Shown here: piece after piece, positions 28,156 through 37,509 of the stretch | Layout of the letters: each line of letters opens with the position of its first letter | How positions within the stretch are numbered: the first letter of the stretch is position 1 | Assembly: GCA_027078545.1 (NCBI GenBank) | Contig: JALWXN010000004.1 | Span: 608,001 to 672,000, forward strand | Reading direction: 5' to 3' | Origin: Nitrososphaeria archaeon | GTDB taxonomy: Archaea; Thermoproteota; Nitrososphaeria; Geothermarchaeales; JDFR-13 | DNA: 64,000 nt | Made by a program: the position numbers and the translations under genes | Notes under the pieces: model-generated | What the model saw: the letters and a program-made list of their open reading frames with translations, nothing else | Told to the model about the DNA's origin: nothing | Databases searched by the model: none

Positions 28156-29319
28156 TCATCCCTCCACTATTCCGAGGCGGCTCCTCCACCTAAGCAGGTT
28201 CTCTAGGAGGCCTAGGGAGTCTAGGTATCTACATGTTCTACAGACCTCTCCCGAGGTGGGCTCCCCACATATCCTGCAGGATCCTATACGGACCGTTCCT
28301 GGGCCGAGCTTCTCGATCAGCTCCTCAAGACTATTCATGATCTTGTATTTTATACCTGGCCTCCTCTCCTCCAGCTCATTGATATAGTTCCTTACATCGT
28401 TCCTCAGGGCCTCGGGGGCGTATACACATTCTATGAAACTTGGGTATAGCCCCATCAAGACTGAGTATAACGTGGTCTCCATCTCTAGGGATCTGTAGAA
28501 AGGCTTCACCCTGGGTACTAGGAGGGGGTGGTCTGCGCCGCTTGTCCTGGGTAGTAGGTGTAGGATCCTGTCGAGGCTGTTCGTCACTATGTTGAGGAGG
28601 TAGGTCTGAACCATGTCGTCGAGGTTGTGCCCCGTGGCTAGGACGTCTGCACCTATTATCCTAGCCCCCACATTCAGGAGGTATCTACGGAAGACGCCGC
28701 AGTAGGAGCATGGATACTTAGGTAGGCCCCTCTCCCTAGCTATCATGATTATCTCGTCGAGACCGTGTCCAAAGACCTCCTCATAGCTTATCACCCTATA
28801 TTTGACGCCAAGATCCTCGTTAATCCTCATGAAGTCCTCTATAGTCAGGTCTCTATACCCCTTTATCCCCTCGTCGATTACCAGGGCGGTCAACTCTATC
28901 CCGAGGAGATCCCTATACTTGTTCAGTAGGTAGAGGAGGGAGAGGGAGTCCTTACCGCCTGACACGGCCACTGCTACATGTTCACCTGGACGTATAAGTC
29001 TATGCTCCCTGATTGTCTCGAGGACCTTCTCCTCGAAATACTCTATGTAGTGCTCTCTACAGAGGCTGATGCCTAGATAGTTATAGACAGCCTCCTCCCC
29101 ACATACCTCGCACCCGGCCCCTCCAGACACAACGGGTAGTAGCCTGGCCTCATCACCCGGTCTGAGGACATAGTCCCAGGTGACCACCCTCCCATTGACG
29201 ACGGGTATATACTCCACGGTCCTCAGTCCAAGCTCCTTAACAGCCTCGCCCAGGCTCCTCCCTGGAGGGACATCCCTACTTATTCCCCTCCCCACCACCT
29301 CTATCCTAGCAAGCTCCAT
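28156..29319 (-). CDS. Fusion: ThiS/TtuB ubiquitin-like sulfur carrier (aa 1-67) + tRNA 2-thiouridine synthase TtuA/NcsA
   Basis: VVNG..LRPGDEARLLPVVSGG, then CEVC..LCREH, SGGKDS PP-loop, CSYC, GHNLDD, C-terminal CRIC..CRTC. Confidence 0.9.
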   Translation of the reverse strand: MELARIEVVGRGISRDVPPGRSLGEAVKELGLRTVEYIPVVNGRVVTWDYVLRPGDEARLLPVVSGGAGCEVCGEEAVYNYLGISLCREHYIEYFEEKVLETIREHRLIRPGEHVAVAVSGGKDSLSLLYLLNKYRDLLGIELTALVIDEGIKGYRDLTIEDFMRINEDLGVKYRVISYEEVFGHGLDEIIMIARERGLPKYPCSYCGVFRRYLLNVGARIIGADVLATGHNLDDMVQTYLLNIVTNSLDRILHLLPRTSGADHPLLVPRVKPFYRSLEMETTLYSVLMGLYPSFIECVYAPEALRNDVRNYINELEERRPGIKYKIMNSLEELIEKLGPGTVRIGSCRICGEPTSGEVCRTCRYLDSLGLLENLLRWRSRLGIVEG

Positions 29320-29327
29320 CCCAATAC

Positions 29328-29440
29328 CTCCGTGTACCCATGGGATTGATAAAGCCTTGTTATCAATAGGGTGTAAATGAAAGTGTTTACACCCGTCTAC
29401 ACGTGAAGTGTCCGTGTATATCCACTAGGGATACATGGAG
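29328..29440. repeat. Cluster of nested inverted repeats in the divergent ttuA/aldo-keto reductase intergenic region
   Basis: ATTGATAA-N7-TTATCAAT (29345-67); GGGTGTAAA-N8-TTTACACCC (29369-94); TACACG-N9-CGTGTA (29398-418); outer arms 29328-39 and 29428-40. Confidence 0.7.
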
Positions 29441-29479
29441 CCCTGCTTTATCGACTAGATTGGCTATACTATTCTCGGC

Positions 29480-30451
29480 ATGAGGCTGGGTAGGGACGGG
29501 CCTGAACTCTCGCCTATAGGGATAGGTGCGTGGCAGGCCGGATTCAGGAGCTGGGGCGGTGGATATACGAGGAGGGACGTGGTCGATGCATATAGATACG
29601 CATTTGAGAATGGTGTAAACTTCATCGATACCGCCGAGATCTATGGCATGGGCCTCTCAGAGGAGATTGTAGGGGAGGCTATAAAAGGGTATGACATAGT
29701 CGTGGCCACGAAGGTGGCTGGGTATAGGACATCTCCCCGTGACGTAGAGAAGGCTGCCTTGAGGAGTAGGTCGAGGCTCGGTGTAGACGTTATAGACCTC
29801 TACCAGATCCACTGGCCCCCAGCTGGGATAGGCTTCGGAGCAATATGTAGGGTGTTGAGGACCCTCGAGGACCTCGTTGATAGGGGCGTGATAAGATATA
29901 TCGGGGTGAGCAACTTCGACAGGCCCCTACTGGAGAAGGCGCTGTTATGCATGTCTAGGCATGAGATAGTCTCCAACCAGATCCAATATAGCCTCGTATA
30001 TAGGAGGGCTGAGAACGGCTTCAAGGGATTCATGGAGGAGAGGGGGATCCTCTTGATAGCCTATAGCCCTCTGGGGAAGGGTGTCCTAGCCGGTAAGACC
30101 AGTGTGGACAACCTGGCTAGGAGGCTAGACCCAGTGTTCAAGAAGGCTGCACGGGACGCTGAGCTCCAGAGGGTGTTGGCCAAGCTCTCGGAGAAGTATG
30201 GGGTCTCAAAGGCCGCCATATCTCTTAGGTGGCTGGTGGAGAAGGGCTCCCTACCCATACCCGGGGTGAAGAGGAGGGGGCATGTAGACGCGATTATCGA
30301 GGCTATGGGGATCACCCTCTCAAGGGATGACGTCGCCCTCCTTGACCTGGTTACGGAGAAATATCTTGACGGTGAGTATAGGAACCCGTTTCCACGCCTG
30401 GTGCCGAACATCCTTGTTAGGCTCGTGACCAGGATGACGGGTGGGGTATAG
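29480..30451 (+). CDS. Aldo/keto reductase
   Basis: IGIGAWQ, DTAEIYG, ATK, DLYQIHWP, IGVSNF, AYSPL. Confidence 0.95.
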   Translation: MRLGRDGPELSPIGIGAWQAGFRSWGGGYTRRDVVDAYRYAFENGVNFIDTAEIYGMGLSEEIVGEAIKGYDIVVATKVAGYRTSPRDVEKAALRSRSRLGVDVIDLYQIHWPPAGIGFGAICRVLRTLEDLVDRGVIRYIGVSNFDRPLLEKALLCMSRHEIVSNQIQYSLVYRRAENGFKGFMEERGILLIAYSPLGKGVLAGKTSVDNLARRLDPVFKKAARDAELQRVLAKLSEKYGVSKAAISLRWLVEKGSLPIPGVKRRGHVDAIIEAMGITLSRDDVALLDLVTEKYLDGEYRNPFPRLVPNILVRLVTRMTGGV

Positions 30452-30509
30452 AGCAGCTGTATAGTGGATTCCCTATAACTGGCCTCTGAACAATTGATTG
30501 GTGGTGGAT

Positions 30510-30920
30510 ATGAAGTATCTTGTAGACTTCACGGTGTATGGGAGGTATCTCGCCGGGCTGGACGGATATATGGAGGCCTTCGAGTTTATAAACAAGAATG
30601 TGCCGGACCTAGCCAGCCTAGACATTATCCATGCGGACACCATCGACTATGCATATAGGGTGATCAGTGATGAGGGTTTCGACGTCTCAGAGGTGTTTAT
30701 GAGGCTCTCCAACGTGGTTAGGAGCATGATAGACTCCACCATAACGAGGTTTATCGAGCATAACAGGTATGTGGAGGAGGCTATGCACCTAGCCTCGGAG
30801 CATGAGATAGAGCCTAGGAACATGCTATACCTAGCCGCCGCTAGGGGTGAGGGCCTCATACTAGTCACGATGGATAGGAGGCTAGGGATCTTCGATGACG
30901 TCCTCGTCCTCGAGTTCTGA
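30510..30920 (+). CDS. PIN-domain protein (degenerate, orphan)
   Basis: YLVD, YLAAA..LILVTMDRRL. Confidence 0.65.
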   Translation: MKYLVDFTVYGRYLAGLDGYMEAFEFINKNVPDLASLDIIHADTIDYAYRVISDEGFDVSEVFMRLSNVVRSMIDSTITRFIEHNRYVEEAMHLASEHEIEPRNMLYLAAARGEGLILVTMDRRLGIFDDVLVLEF

Positions 30921-31635
30921 CCCGATACTAAGGATAGGGGGCCTAATAAGGGCTAGGTTCAAGAGGCGGCTAAACAGGTTTGTAGGCCTGGTGGAGCTCG
31001 ATGGCCGGGAGGAAGAGGTTCATATAACAAATACTGGTAGGCTCCACGACATACTCGTCCCGGGTAGGGAGGTCCTACTAAGGGGTATAGGTGGTGGGAG
31101 GCTTAGGTACAGGCTTATAGCAGCCAGGGATGTCGAGGGTCTCTACAGCATACCCGATGTAAGGACCCAGTCTATGGTCTTTGAGAGGCTGCTGGAGCAG
31201 GGTAGGATACCATATCTAGCCGGGTGCAACCTCGTCTCTAGGAACCCCAGGGTAGGCGGGTCGATGCTCGACTACCTCCTGAGGTGTGGGGATAGGGAGG
31301 TCTTGATAGAGACTAAGAGCGCCGTACTAAGGATAGGTGAGGCTGCCTCATATCCAGACTGTCCCACTACCCGTGGCCAGAGGCATGTAAGGGAGCTGAT
31401 CAGACTAGTCTCTAGGGGGGAGGCTTCCTACATCATATTCATCTCCGCCCTGCCAAGGGTCAGGTGCTTCAAGCCGTATAGGGATGGAGACCCAGAGATA
31501 TATCGCCTCCTTGGGGAGGCTCTTAAGGCTGGTGTGGGTGTCAAGGCCATCTCGATCTACATGGATAGCCGTGGCTACGTATACCTAGAGAATCCCGATC
31601 TACCCCTATGTAGGGACTGGGTGGAGGAGCTCTAG
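30895..31635 (+). CDS. sfsA: SfsA family DNA/RNA nuclease
   Basis: RLNRF, HITNTGRL, ETKS, YPDCPTTRGQRH. Confidence 0.92.
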   Translation: MTSSSSSSDPILRIGGLIRARFKRRLNRFVGLVELDGREEEVHITNTGRLHDILVPGREVLLRGIGGGRLRYRLIAARDVEGLYSIPDVRTQSMVFERLLEQGRIPYLAGCNLVSRNPRVGGSMLDYLLRCGDREVLIETKSAVLRIGEAASYPDCPTTRGQRHVRELIRLVSRGEASYIIFISALPRVRCFKPYRDGDPEIYRLLGEALKAGVGVKAISIYMDSRGYVYLENPDLPLCRDWVEEL

Positions 31636-32523
31636 GTCTCTATATATCCTCATCAACGCCTCCCTCAACCCTGTCTCCGGCCTATATCCACAGATGTATA
31701 GCTCCCTAGCTATCTCTACACTGCCCCCATGGGTGAAGCTCCTTATAAAGCCTAGTAGGCCGTGTCTCGGGAGTATGTGGGGCGGTGGAGACCCGGCGAG
31801 GCGTATATGTAGGGCTTCACGCCCAGCTAGCCATGTGAAGTACCTGGTTATGAGTCCCGGGTCGCCCCTGTATAGGACCAGGCTATATGGCTCCCCACTC
31901 CCTATGCATTCGAGGGCTGTCTCCGCCGACCCCACTATCTCCCAGGCGGGTGTATAGCCCGTCTCGCTCTCCACCTCTATGGAGATACCCATTCTGGAGA
32001 GTAGGTATAGGTTCCTCCACTCGGGATGTGTGGGTAGCCTACCAACTATGAGTCCAGGCCTGGGGACGAGTATCTTGAGGCCTTGCCTGGCCAGCCTATT
32101 GGCGAGCCTCTCGCCTAGGGCCTTGCTTTCGCCATAAACGTTGCTGAGGGGGTCGGGGACATAGGCACTGATATGGATATAGAGCTTGTCGGGAAAATGT
32201 CTACCCAGTCCACGGAAGAGGATGTATGGTGTAACGGCGTTGGAGAGGTACATATGTCTGGGTGAACCTCTATTCACACCTATCGCATTGACTATTACAT
32301 CGGCGCTACCCGCGTTGGATAGGATCTCGCCGAAGCCGTCGGCGATGCTCTCCACTAGTACCTCTACTACCCCCAGACTTTGATAGAGCCTCCTTAGCCA
32401 GGGCCTCTTATAGGCGCTACTCCTCCTTGAGACTACTATGGCTTCCCAGCCCCTCTTCAATGCCTCTAGGACGAGGCTCCTACCTACGTAGCCATACCCA
32501 CCTATGACTAGGAGCCTCGTCAT
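31606..32523 (-). CDS. NAD(P)-dependent epimerase/dehydratase (extended SDR)
   Basis: GGYGYVG, YGESK, RPG. Confidence 0.8.
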   Translation of the reverse strand: MTRLLVIGGYGYVGRSLVLEALKRGWEAIVVSRRSSAYKRPWLRRLYQSLGVVEVLVESIADGFGEILSNAGSADVIVNAIGVNRGSPRHMYLSNAVTPYILFRGLGRHFPDKLYIHISAYVPDPLSNVYGESKALGERLANRLARQGLKILVPRPGLIVGRLPTHPEWRNLYLLSRMGISIEVESETGYTPAWEIVGSAETALECIGSGEPYSLVLYRGDPGLITRYFTWLAGREALHIRLAGSPPPHILPRHGLLGFIRSFTHGGSVEIARELYICGYRPETGLREALMRIYRDLELLHPVPT

Positions 32524-32531
32524 GACATTCC

Positions 32532-34043
32532 TTACTGGCCTAGGAACTTCTCCCTGAGGTGCTGGATATAGTACCTCGGGTTGATATCCTCGCCTGTAGC
32601 CATCCTGATGAGTGTAGCCGGGTCGTATGTCCCTCCGTACCTGTGGATCTTCTCCCTGAGGAACTCCCTAATCGTCTTGAAGTCCTTCTCAAGTATGTAG
32701 CTGGCTATGTCGCCCCTCTCCCTCTTGAAGGCCTCCAGTATCTGTGAAGCCAGTATGTTGCCCAGCGAGTATGTGGGGAAGTAGCCCATCATCCCGATGC
32801 TCCAGTGGATGTCCTGGAGTATGCCCTCTGAGTATCTCTTCGGCCTTATCCCTAGATACTTCTCCATCATATCGTTCCAAACCTGGGGGGCCTCACTCAC
32901 CTTCAGCCTCTCGTTTATAAGCATGTTCTCGATCTCCATTCTAATCACTATGTGGAAGTCGTAGGTCAGCTCATCCGCATCCACCCTTATCAATCCTGGC
33001 CTGACGATGTTGAAGTATTTGTAGAGGTCCTCGACGCTGTAGTCCTTGGTGAAGCCTAGGTACTCGTCAAGTATAGGCTTCACAACCTCGGTGAACTCCC
33101 TGCTCCTACCGACTATGTTCTCCCAGAACCTGCTCTGGCTCTCATGAACTCCTAGGCTGGCCCCTCCCTCTAGGGGGGTGTATCTCAGCTGGGGATCGAC
33201 CTGTAGATCGTAGAGGGCGTGTCCAAACTCGTGGAGGACTGAGTACATAGTCCTCCTGAAGTCGTTCCCCTCATACCTCGTTGTTATCCTAACATCGTCT
33301 AGGCCAGCCGCCATGGTGAATGGGTGTAGGGAGACGTCTAGCCTTGCCCTGTCCCATGGATATCCCACCATGCTTAGGACCTCCCTATTCACCTTCTCCA
33401 TCGCGTCCCTGTCGTACTCAACCTTCTCCAGCTCATGCTGGCTTGGATAAGTATCCCCGTTGTACACCTTGTCGAAGATCTTCTTAAGCTCCCCGGCCAC
33501 GTATGTGATGTTGCTCCTAGCCTTCTCATATGTGAGGCCCTCCTCGAAGAGGTCGAGTAGGGCGTCATACCTATTCCCGTCATAGCCTAGGTGCTCAGCT
33601 ACCTGTATGGAGAGGTTGACAACCTTCTCCAGCATGGGCCTGAAGATCTCGAAGTCGTCCTTTATCTTCGCGTCTGCCCACTTTACACGGGCCTCCTGTC
33701 TAGTCCTGGCGATCTCCCTTATCAGGTCGTCGGGTAGCTGGGTATATATCCTGACACCCCTCCTAAGGATCCTCACCACACCCTTCTCGAAATCGTTTAG
33801 AGACTCCAGCTTCTCCTCCGCCTTGTCTATGAGTCTGAGCATCTCAGGGTCGGTCATAAGCCTCTTCGAGAGGGTGCTGAGCTCTGATGAGGCTATGGCA
33901 CGGTCCTTATATCCCTGTTTAGGCATGTAGGTCTCGCTGTCCCACCCCATTATCGAGGAGGCGTGCCCCAACGCCCATATAACCCTATACCTCTCGAGGA
34001 TCTCCCTAATCGTCTCGTCCTGGAAGAGTCTGAGGGTCTCCAT
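32532..34043 (-). CDS. Thermostable carboxypeptidase, family M32
   Basis: HPF, ITTRY, HEFGH, HESQS, IRVDADE, QDIHW, GYFPTY. Confidence 0.96.
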   Translation of the reverse strand: METLRLFQDETIREILERYRVIWALGHASSIMGWDSETYMPKQGYKDRAIASSELSTLSKRLMTDPEMLRLIDKAEEKLESLNDFEKGVVRILRRGVRIYTQLPDDLIREIARTRQEARVKWADAKIKDDFEIFRPMLEKVVNLSIQVAEHLGYDGNRYDALLDLFEEGLTYEKARSNITYVAGELKKIFDKVYNGDTYPSQHELEKVEYDRDAMEKVNREVLSMVGYPWDRARLDVSLHPFTMAAGLDDVRITTRYEGNDFRRTMYSVLHEFGHALYDLQVDPQLRYTPLEGGASLGVHESQSRFWENIVGRSREFTEVVKPILDEYLGFTKDYSVEDLYKYFNIVRPGLIRVDADELTYDFHIVIRMEIENMLINERLKVSEAPQVWNDMMEKYLGIRPKRYSEGILQDIHWSIGMMGYFPTYSLGNILASQILEAFKRERGDIASYILEKDFKTIREFLREKIHRYGGTYDPATLIRMATGEDINPRYYIQHLREKFLGQ

Positions 34044-34098
34044 GGCTAAGCACTATAGGGTATAGGGGGGTATGGAGACATATAAATGGGGTCTTCTA

Positions 34099-35151
34099 TC
34101 AACGTGTAGAGAGTATCCCGTCCACCTCCTCCGCCAAGACCTCTACATGGTCCTCGAAGCCCTCCAGCAGGTATGTTGTGTCCTCCCTATAGGCATCGGG
34201 TTCACTCATGACCCGGGAGACGATATCCCCGATCCTCTCCGGCCTCGGGACGTATCTGATTGGGAGCCCCCTGCCCATGAGGTAGATGAGGACGTCGTCC
34301 CTGAAGTAGAAGGATATTGTTGGGACACCCATTATCCCCGCCTCTCTAGCCATCGTACCGCCTGAGGATACCACCATGTCGGCTGATGCTATGAGCCTGG
34401 GCGCCTCGACCGCCTCCCTGATAATGGTCACATTGTCTATCCCCCTCAGGATCGTCTCCTCCTCTCCGTAGCGTGGTATCACGGCTACATGGGCATACCT
34501 GGATATCCGCTCCACTATCTCCCTGACCGGGACCCTTGCTCCGTAGCTGTAGCTGGCCTTATGCTCCACACCGCGGAATATAATGAGCCTCTCAGGAGGC
34601 TCCTCGAAGAACTCCTTCCTGAGCCTCTCCCTATCCACATTGATATATTCCTTTGCCCACGTATACTCCTCCGTCCCCCTATAGACCCTTATACTGCATG
34701 GATCCGCTCCGTGCTCAACCCATTTACAGGGAGCTACAGCCTCGGGCGACACTAACCTGGTGGCTAGGGAGGCGGTCAGCTTCACCACTGGAATGTTGTG
34801 TGGAGTGTCGTTACTGTATAGGACTGGTATCCCGAGCTGGTAGGCCGTCCTTATCACAGCCACGTTCCCATGGCTCCATACCAGGTCTGGCCCGTAGTCC
34901 TGGAAGACCTCTAGGAGTCTGGATTCCTGGTCGAGGGTGGCCCGGTACTTAGACACTATGTCGGTGCCGTACCACCCCGTCACCACATGCCCTATCCCCA
35001 GCCTATCGAGGAGACCCGTCGTCTGGGTGGACTCCCTCGATACTACTAAGTATTCATGACCCCTATCCTCTAGGAGGGGTATCAGATACTTGATTATCAA
35101 GGCGTCCTTCGGCGTCGAGGCGTCGAGAACTATCCTAGCCAATAATACCAC
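34099..35151 (-). CDS. DUF354 GT-B-fold glycosyltransferase-like protein
   Basis: D..TPK, NDTPH, GGTMAREA..GVP. Confidence 0.8.
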   Translation of the reverse strand: MVLLARIVLDASTPKDALIIKYLIPLLEDRGHEYLVVSRESTQTTGLLDRLGIGHVVTGWYGTDIVSKYRATLDQESRLLEVFQDYGPDLVWSHGNVAVIRTAYQLGIPVLYSNDTPHNIPVVKLTASLATRLVSPEAVAPCKWVEHGADPCSIRVYRGTEEYTWAKEYINVDRERLRKEFFEEPPERLIIFRGVEHKASYSYGARVPVREIVERISRYAHVAVIPRYGEEETILRGIDNVTIIREAVEAPRLIASADMVVSSGGTMAREAGIMGVPTISFYFRDDVLIYLMGRGLPIRYVPRPERIGDIVSRVMSEPDAYREDTTYLLEGFEDHVEVLAEEVDGILSTR

Positions 35152-35213
35152 CTTCCCCCTATCCAGCCGTCTTAATATAATCTACATTGCTATGTAAATT
35201 GTTGGGGTTTAAA

Positions 35214-35546
35214 ATGGCGTCCCTCAGCACTGGCTATGTCATCGTCGGGGCCTACGCCAAGAAGCTCCGCAGGACACTCTTCGCCCAGCTCAAGGACTCT
35301 GTGAAGAATGGGGCTGTCTCTAACCAGGAGGTTGCCCGTGCAGCCGCTGAGATGAATCAGCTACTATACCATATCCTCGTGGAGGATCTCGGCCTTGACA
35401 AGGGAGACGTGGTAAGGGTTAGGGTGGAGTATGAGGTCGCCGATGGCCAGGTGAAGTGGAAGCTGGACACATTGTCTATCGAGGCCTTCCGCCGCCTACC
35501 CGATGAGCAGGTGAACGAGGCGGTTAAGAACAGGGTGGCTGCCTAG
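35214..35546 (+). CDS. ThermoDBP-family (DUF2258) single-stranded nucleic acid binding protein
   Basis: LSTGYVIVGAYAKKLRRTLFAQL, AAEMNQLLY, DKGDVVRV. Confidence 0.85.
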   Translation: MASLSTGYVIVGAYAKKLRRTLFAQLKDSVKNGAVSNQEVARAAAEMNQLLYHILVEDLGLDKGDVVRVRVEYEVADGQVKWKLDTLSIEAFRRLPDEQVNEAVKNRVAA

Positions 35547-35550
35547 CTAC

Positions 35551-35808
35551 CTAATCCCCTCCAATCTTTATCTCAACATCAAGTCCATACTCGATCTCCC
35601 TTATCTCCTTGATCCTGATTTTGAGGCCCTTCTCATTCAGTATTATCTCCAGGTCCTCCGCCCAGTCGTAGTAGCCGCAGGTCTCGCAGAATGGTCCTGT
35701 TATCCTAACCTCTAGGGTGTCCCCCTCAAGCCTCCTTATCTCGGCCCTAGCCTCGGCCCCTCTATACCTGTTATACTCCTCTATGGCCTCCCTAATCTCC
35801 CTCTTCAT
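35551..35808 (-). CDS. Small CxxC protein with NifU-C-like pattern
   Basis: EYNRYRG.EA, GPFCETCGYYDW.ED; overlaps VIT1 gene stop. Confidence 0.65.
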   Translation of the reverse strand: MKREIREAIEEYNRYRGAEARAEIRRLEGDTLEVRITGPFCETCGYYDWAEDLEIILNEKGLKIRIKEIREIEYGLDVEIKIGGD

Positions 35809-36680
35809 ACCTCTACATCGATGTTGAAGACAGCTCTTATTACCCAGCCTATTGTGAAGGTTATCGCAGCTACTCCGAGGGTCAGGCCAAGCATCTCTAT
35901 GTAGCTCCTCCCCCAGTCCGCCTCCCTAACCACAGAGGTGTAGAATGTCAGGGCCGCTATTATCAGGGCGGCGTTGAAGAGGCTTATGCTCAGCGCTATC
36001 AATGGGTTGGGTATCAAGAAGTAGGAGACTACTAGGGTTAGAACGGTCAGGATGTATGCGGAGCCTGTGTAGAAGGCTCCCTTCACGGCGTTTCTGTCCC
36101 CCTCGCTCTTCCTGCTCAGATATTCTGAGACGGCCATAGACATCGAGGCAGCTATACCTGTTATGAGTGCGGCGAACCCCACGAGCAGCGTGTTGTTAAG
36201 TGCTAGGCTCAGCCCGGCGAGGGCACCCGTGAGCTCTATAAGGGCGTCTGATAGGCCGAGTACTATCGAGCCTATAAACTCTATCCTCTCGTCTGACAAT
36301 AGGCTTAATAGCTTCTCCTCATGCTCGAACTCGTCCTGGAGGATCTCCTCAGCCACGCCTATCTTCTGGGCCAGCTGCTTATACCTCTCTTCCGACTTCT
36401 TCTCACCCTGCTCCATCAGCTTGATCGTGAAGACAAGTCCAAATATCCTATAGACGAGTTTATAGAGCCTTATCTTGCCCCAGTCCGGCTCAACATCTAT
36501 GCCGGTATACTCCCTCCATATGTTGTAGTGCTTCTTCTCATCCTCGGCTATCTCTAGGAGGATCTTCTTATTCTCCCCCTCCTCCTTCTCGGCTAGGAAT
36601 TTATAGATGTAATGCTCGGTTATCTCCTGCCTCTGAAACTCTATGAGATCCTTCTTCATCTCCTCTGTTATTACGCTCAT
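35805..36680 (-). CDS. Rubrerythrin-like + VIT1/CCC1 iron exporter (MbfA-like)
   Basis: EITE..Y, EDEKKH, DEFEHE; VLGLSDALIE, SMAVSEYLS. Confidence 0.88.
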   Translation of the reverse strand: MSVITEEMKKDLIEFQRQEITEHYIYKFLAEKEEGENKKILLEIAEDEKKHYNIWREYTGIDVEPDWGKIRLYKLVYRIFGLVFTIKLMEQGEKKSEERYKQLAQKIGVAEEILQDEFEHEEKLLSLLSDERIEFIGSIVLGLSDALIELTGALAGLSLALNNTLLVGFAALITGIAASMSMAVSEYLSRKSEGDRNAVKGAFYTGSAYILTVLTLVVSYFLIPNPLIALSISLFNAALIIAALTFYTSVVREADWGRSYIEMLGLTLGVAAITFTIGWVIRAVFNIDVEV

Positions 36681-36744
36681 TCCTATCCAATTATAGTGGG
36701 TGGATAGCCTCATATTTTAGTCAATAGGGGGTAATATCCTCCAC

Positions 36745-37509
36745 ATGAGCTACGAGACCATCGAGGTTATTGATAGGGACGGCGTTAGGTGGATAGTCTT
36801 CAACAGGCCTGAGAAGCTCAACGCCTTCAACACCAGGATGATGGACGAGATCATCAGGGCCACGACGGAGGGCGAGGCATGGGCATATGTCTATACCGGG
36901 CGGGGAAGATTCTTCTCAGCAGGTATAGACCTCTCAGAGGTCGCTTCGTCCAAGGATGCCGATGAGTCTGGAGCCGTGTTCGCCAAGCTGGGGGAGATGT
37001 TCAACACGATCTTCCAGCTCGACCAGCCGGTTATAGTCGCTCTTAACGGGGATGCATATGGCGGTGGAGCCGAGTTTATATGGCTTGGGGACGTGGTTAT
37101 AGCCCCTAGGGATGCCAAGATCGGCTGGGCCGAGGCTAAGTGGGGCCTTATACCGCCTCTCCTACCCCTACTGGGGAGTATATCGATGGGGATTGGGAGG
37201 GCCCAGTACATCGCCTACACCTCGGGAGTCGTTAAGGCTAAGGATCTCGAGCATTATGGAGTCATTTCGAAGCTGGTGGATAGCCCTGGGGATATTGAGG
37301 AGGAGGTCTCCAAGACGCTTGATGAGATAAGGGCTAACTCGCCCAGTGCCTTCAGGTCGCTCAAGAACTATTTCAGGATGATTAAGCTGGGCCCACTGGC
37401 TGCCTATGGCGTCTCTGAGCTGGAGAGGTTATCGAGGAGTGGCCGGGTTATAGAGGCGGCTAGGGAGTTCCTCAGGAGTAAGAGGCAGCCGAGCTATGAC
37501 TGGGGCTGA
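36745..37509 (+). CDS. Enoyl-CoA hydratase/isomerase family
   Basis: FNRPEKLNA, FSAGIDL, NGDAYGGGAE, E.KWGLIP. Confidence 0.9.
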   Translation: MSYETIEVIDRDGVRWIVFNRPEKLNAFNTRMMDEIIRATTEGEAWAYVYTGRGRFFSAGIDLSEVASSKDADESGAVFAKLGEMFNTIFQLDQPVIVALNGDAYGGGAEFIWLGDVVIAPRDAKIGWAEAKWGLIPPLLPLLGSISMGIGRAQYIAYTSGVVKAKDLEHYGVISKLVDSPGDIEEEVSKTLDEIRANSPSAFRSLKNYFRMIKLGPLAAYGVSELERLSRSGRVIEAAREFLRSKRQPSYDWG

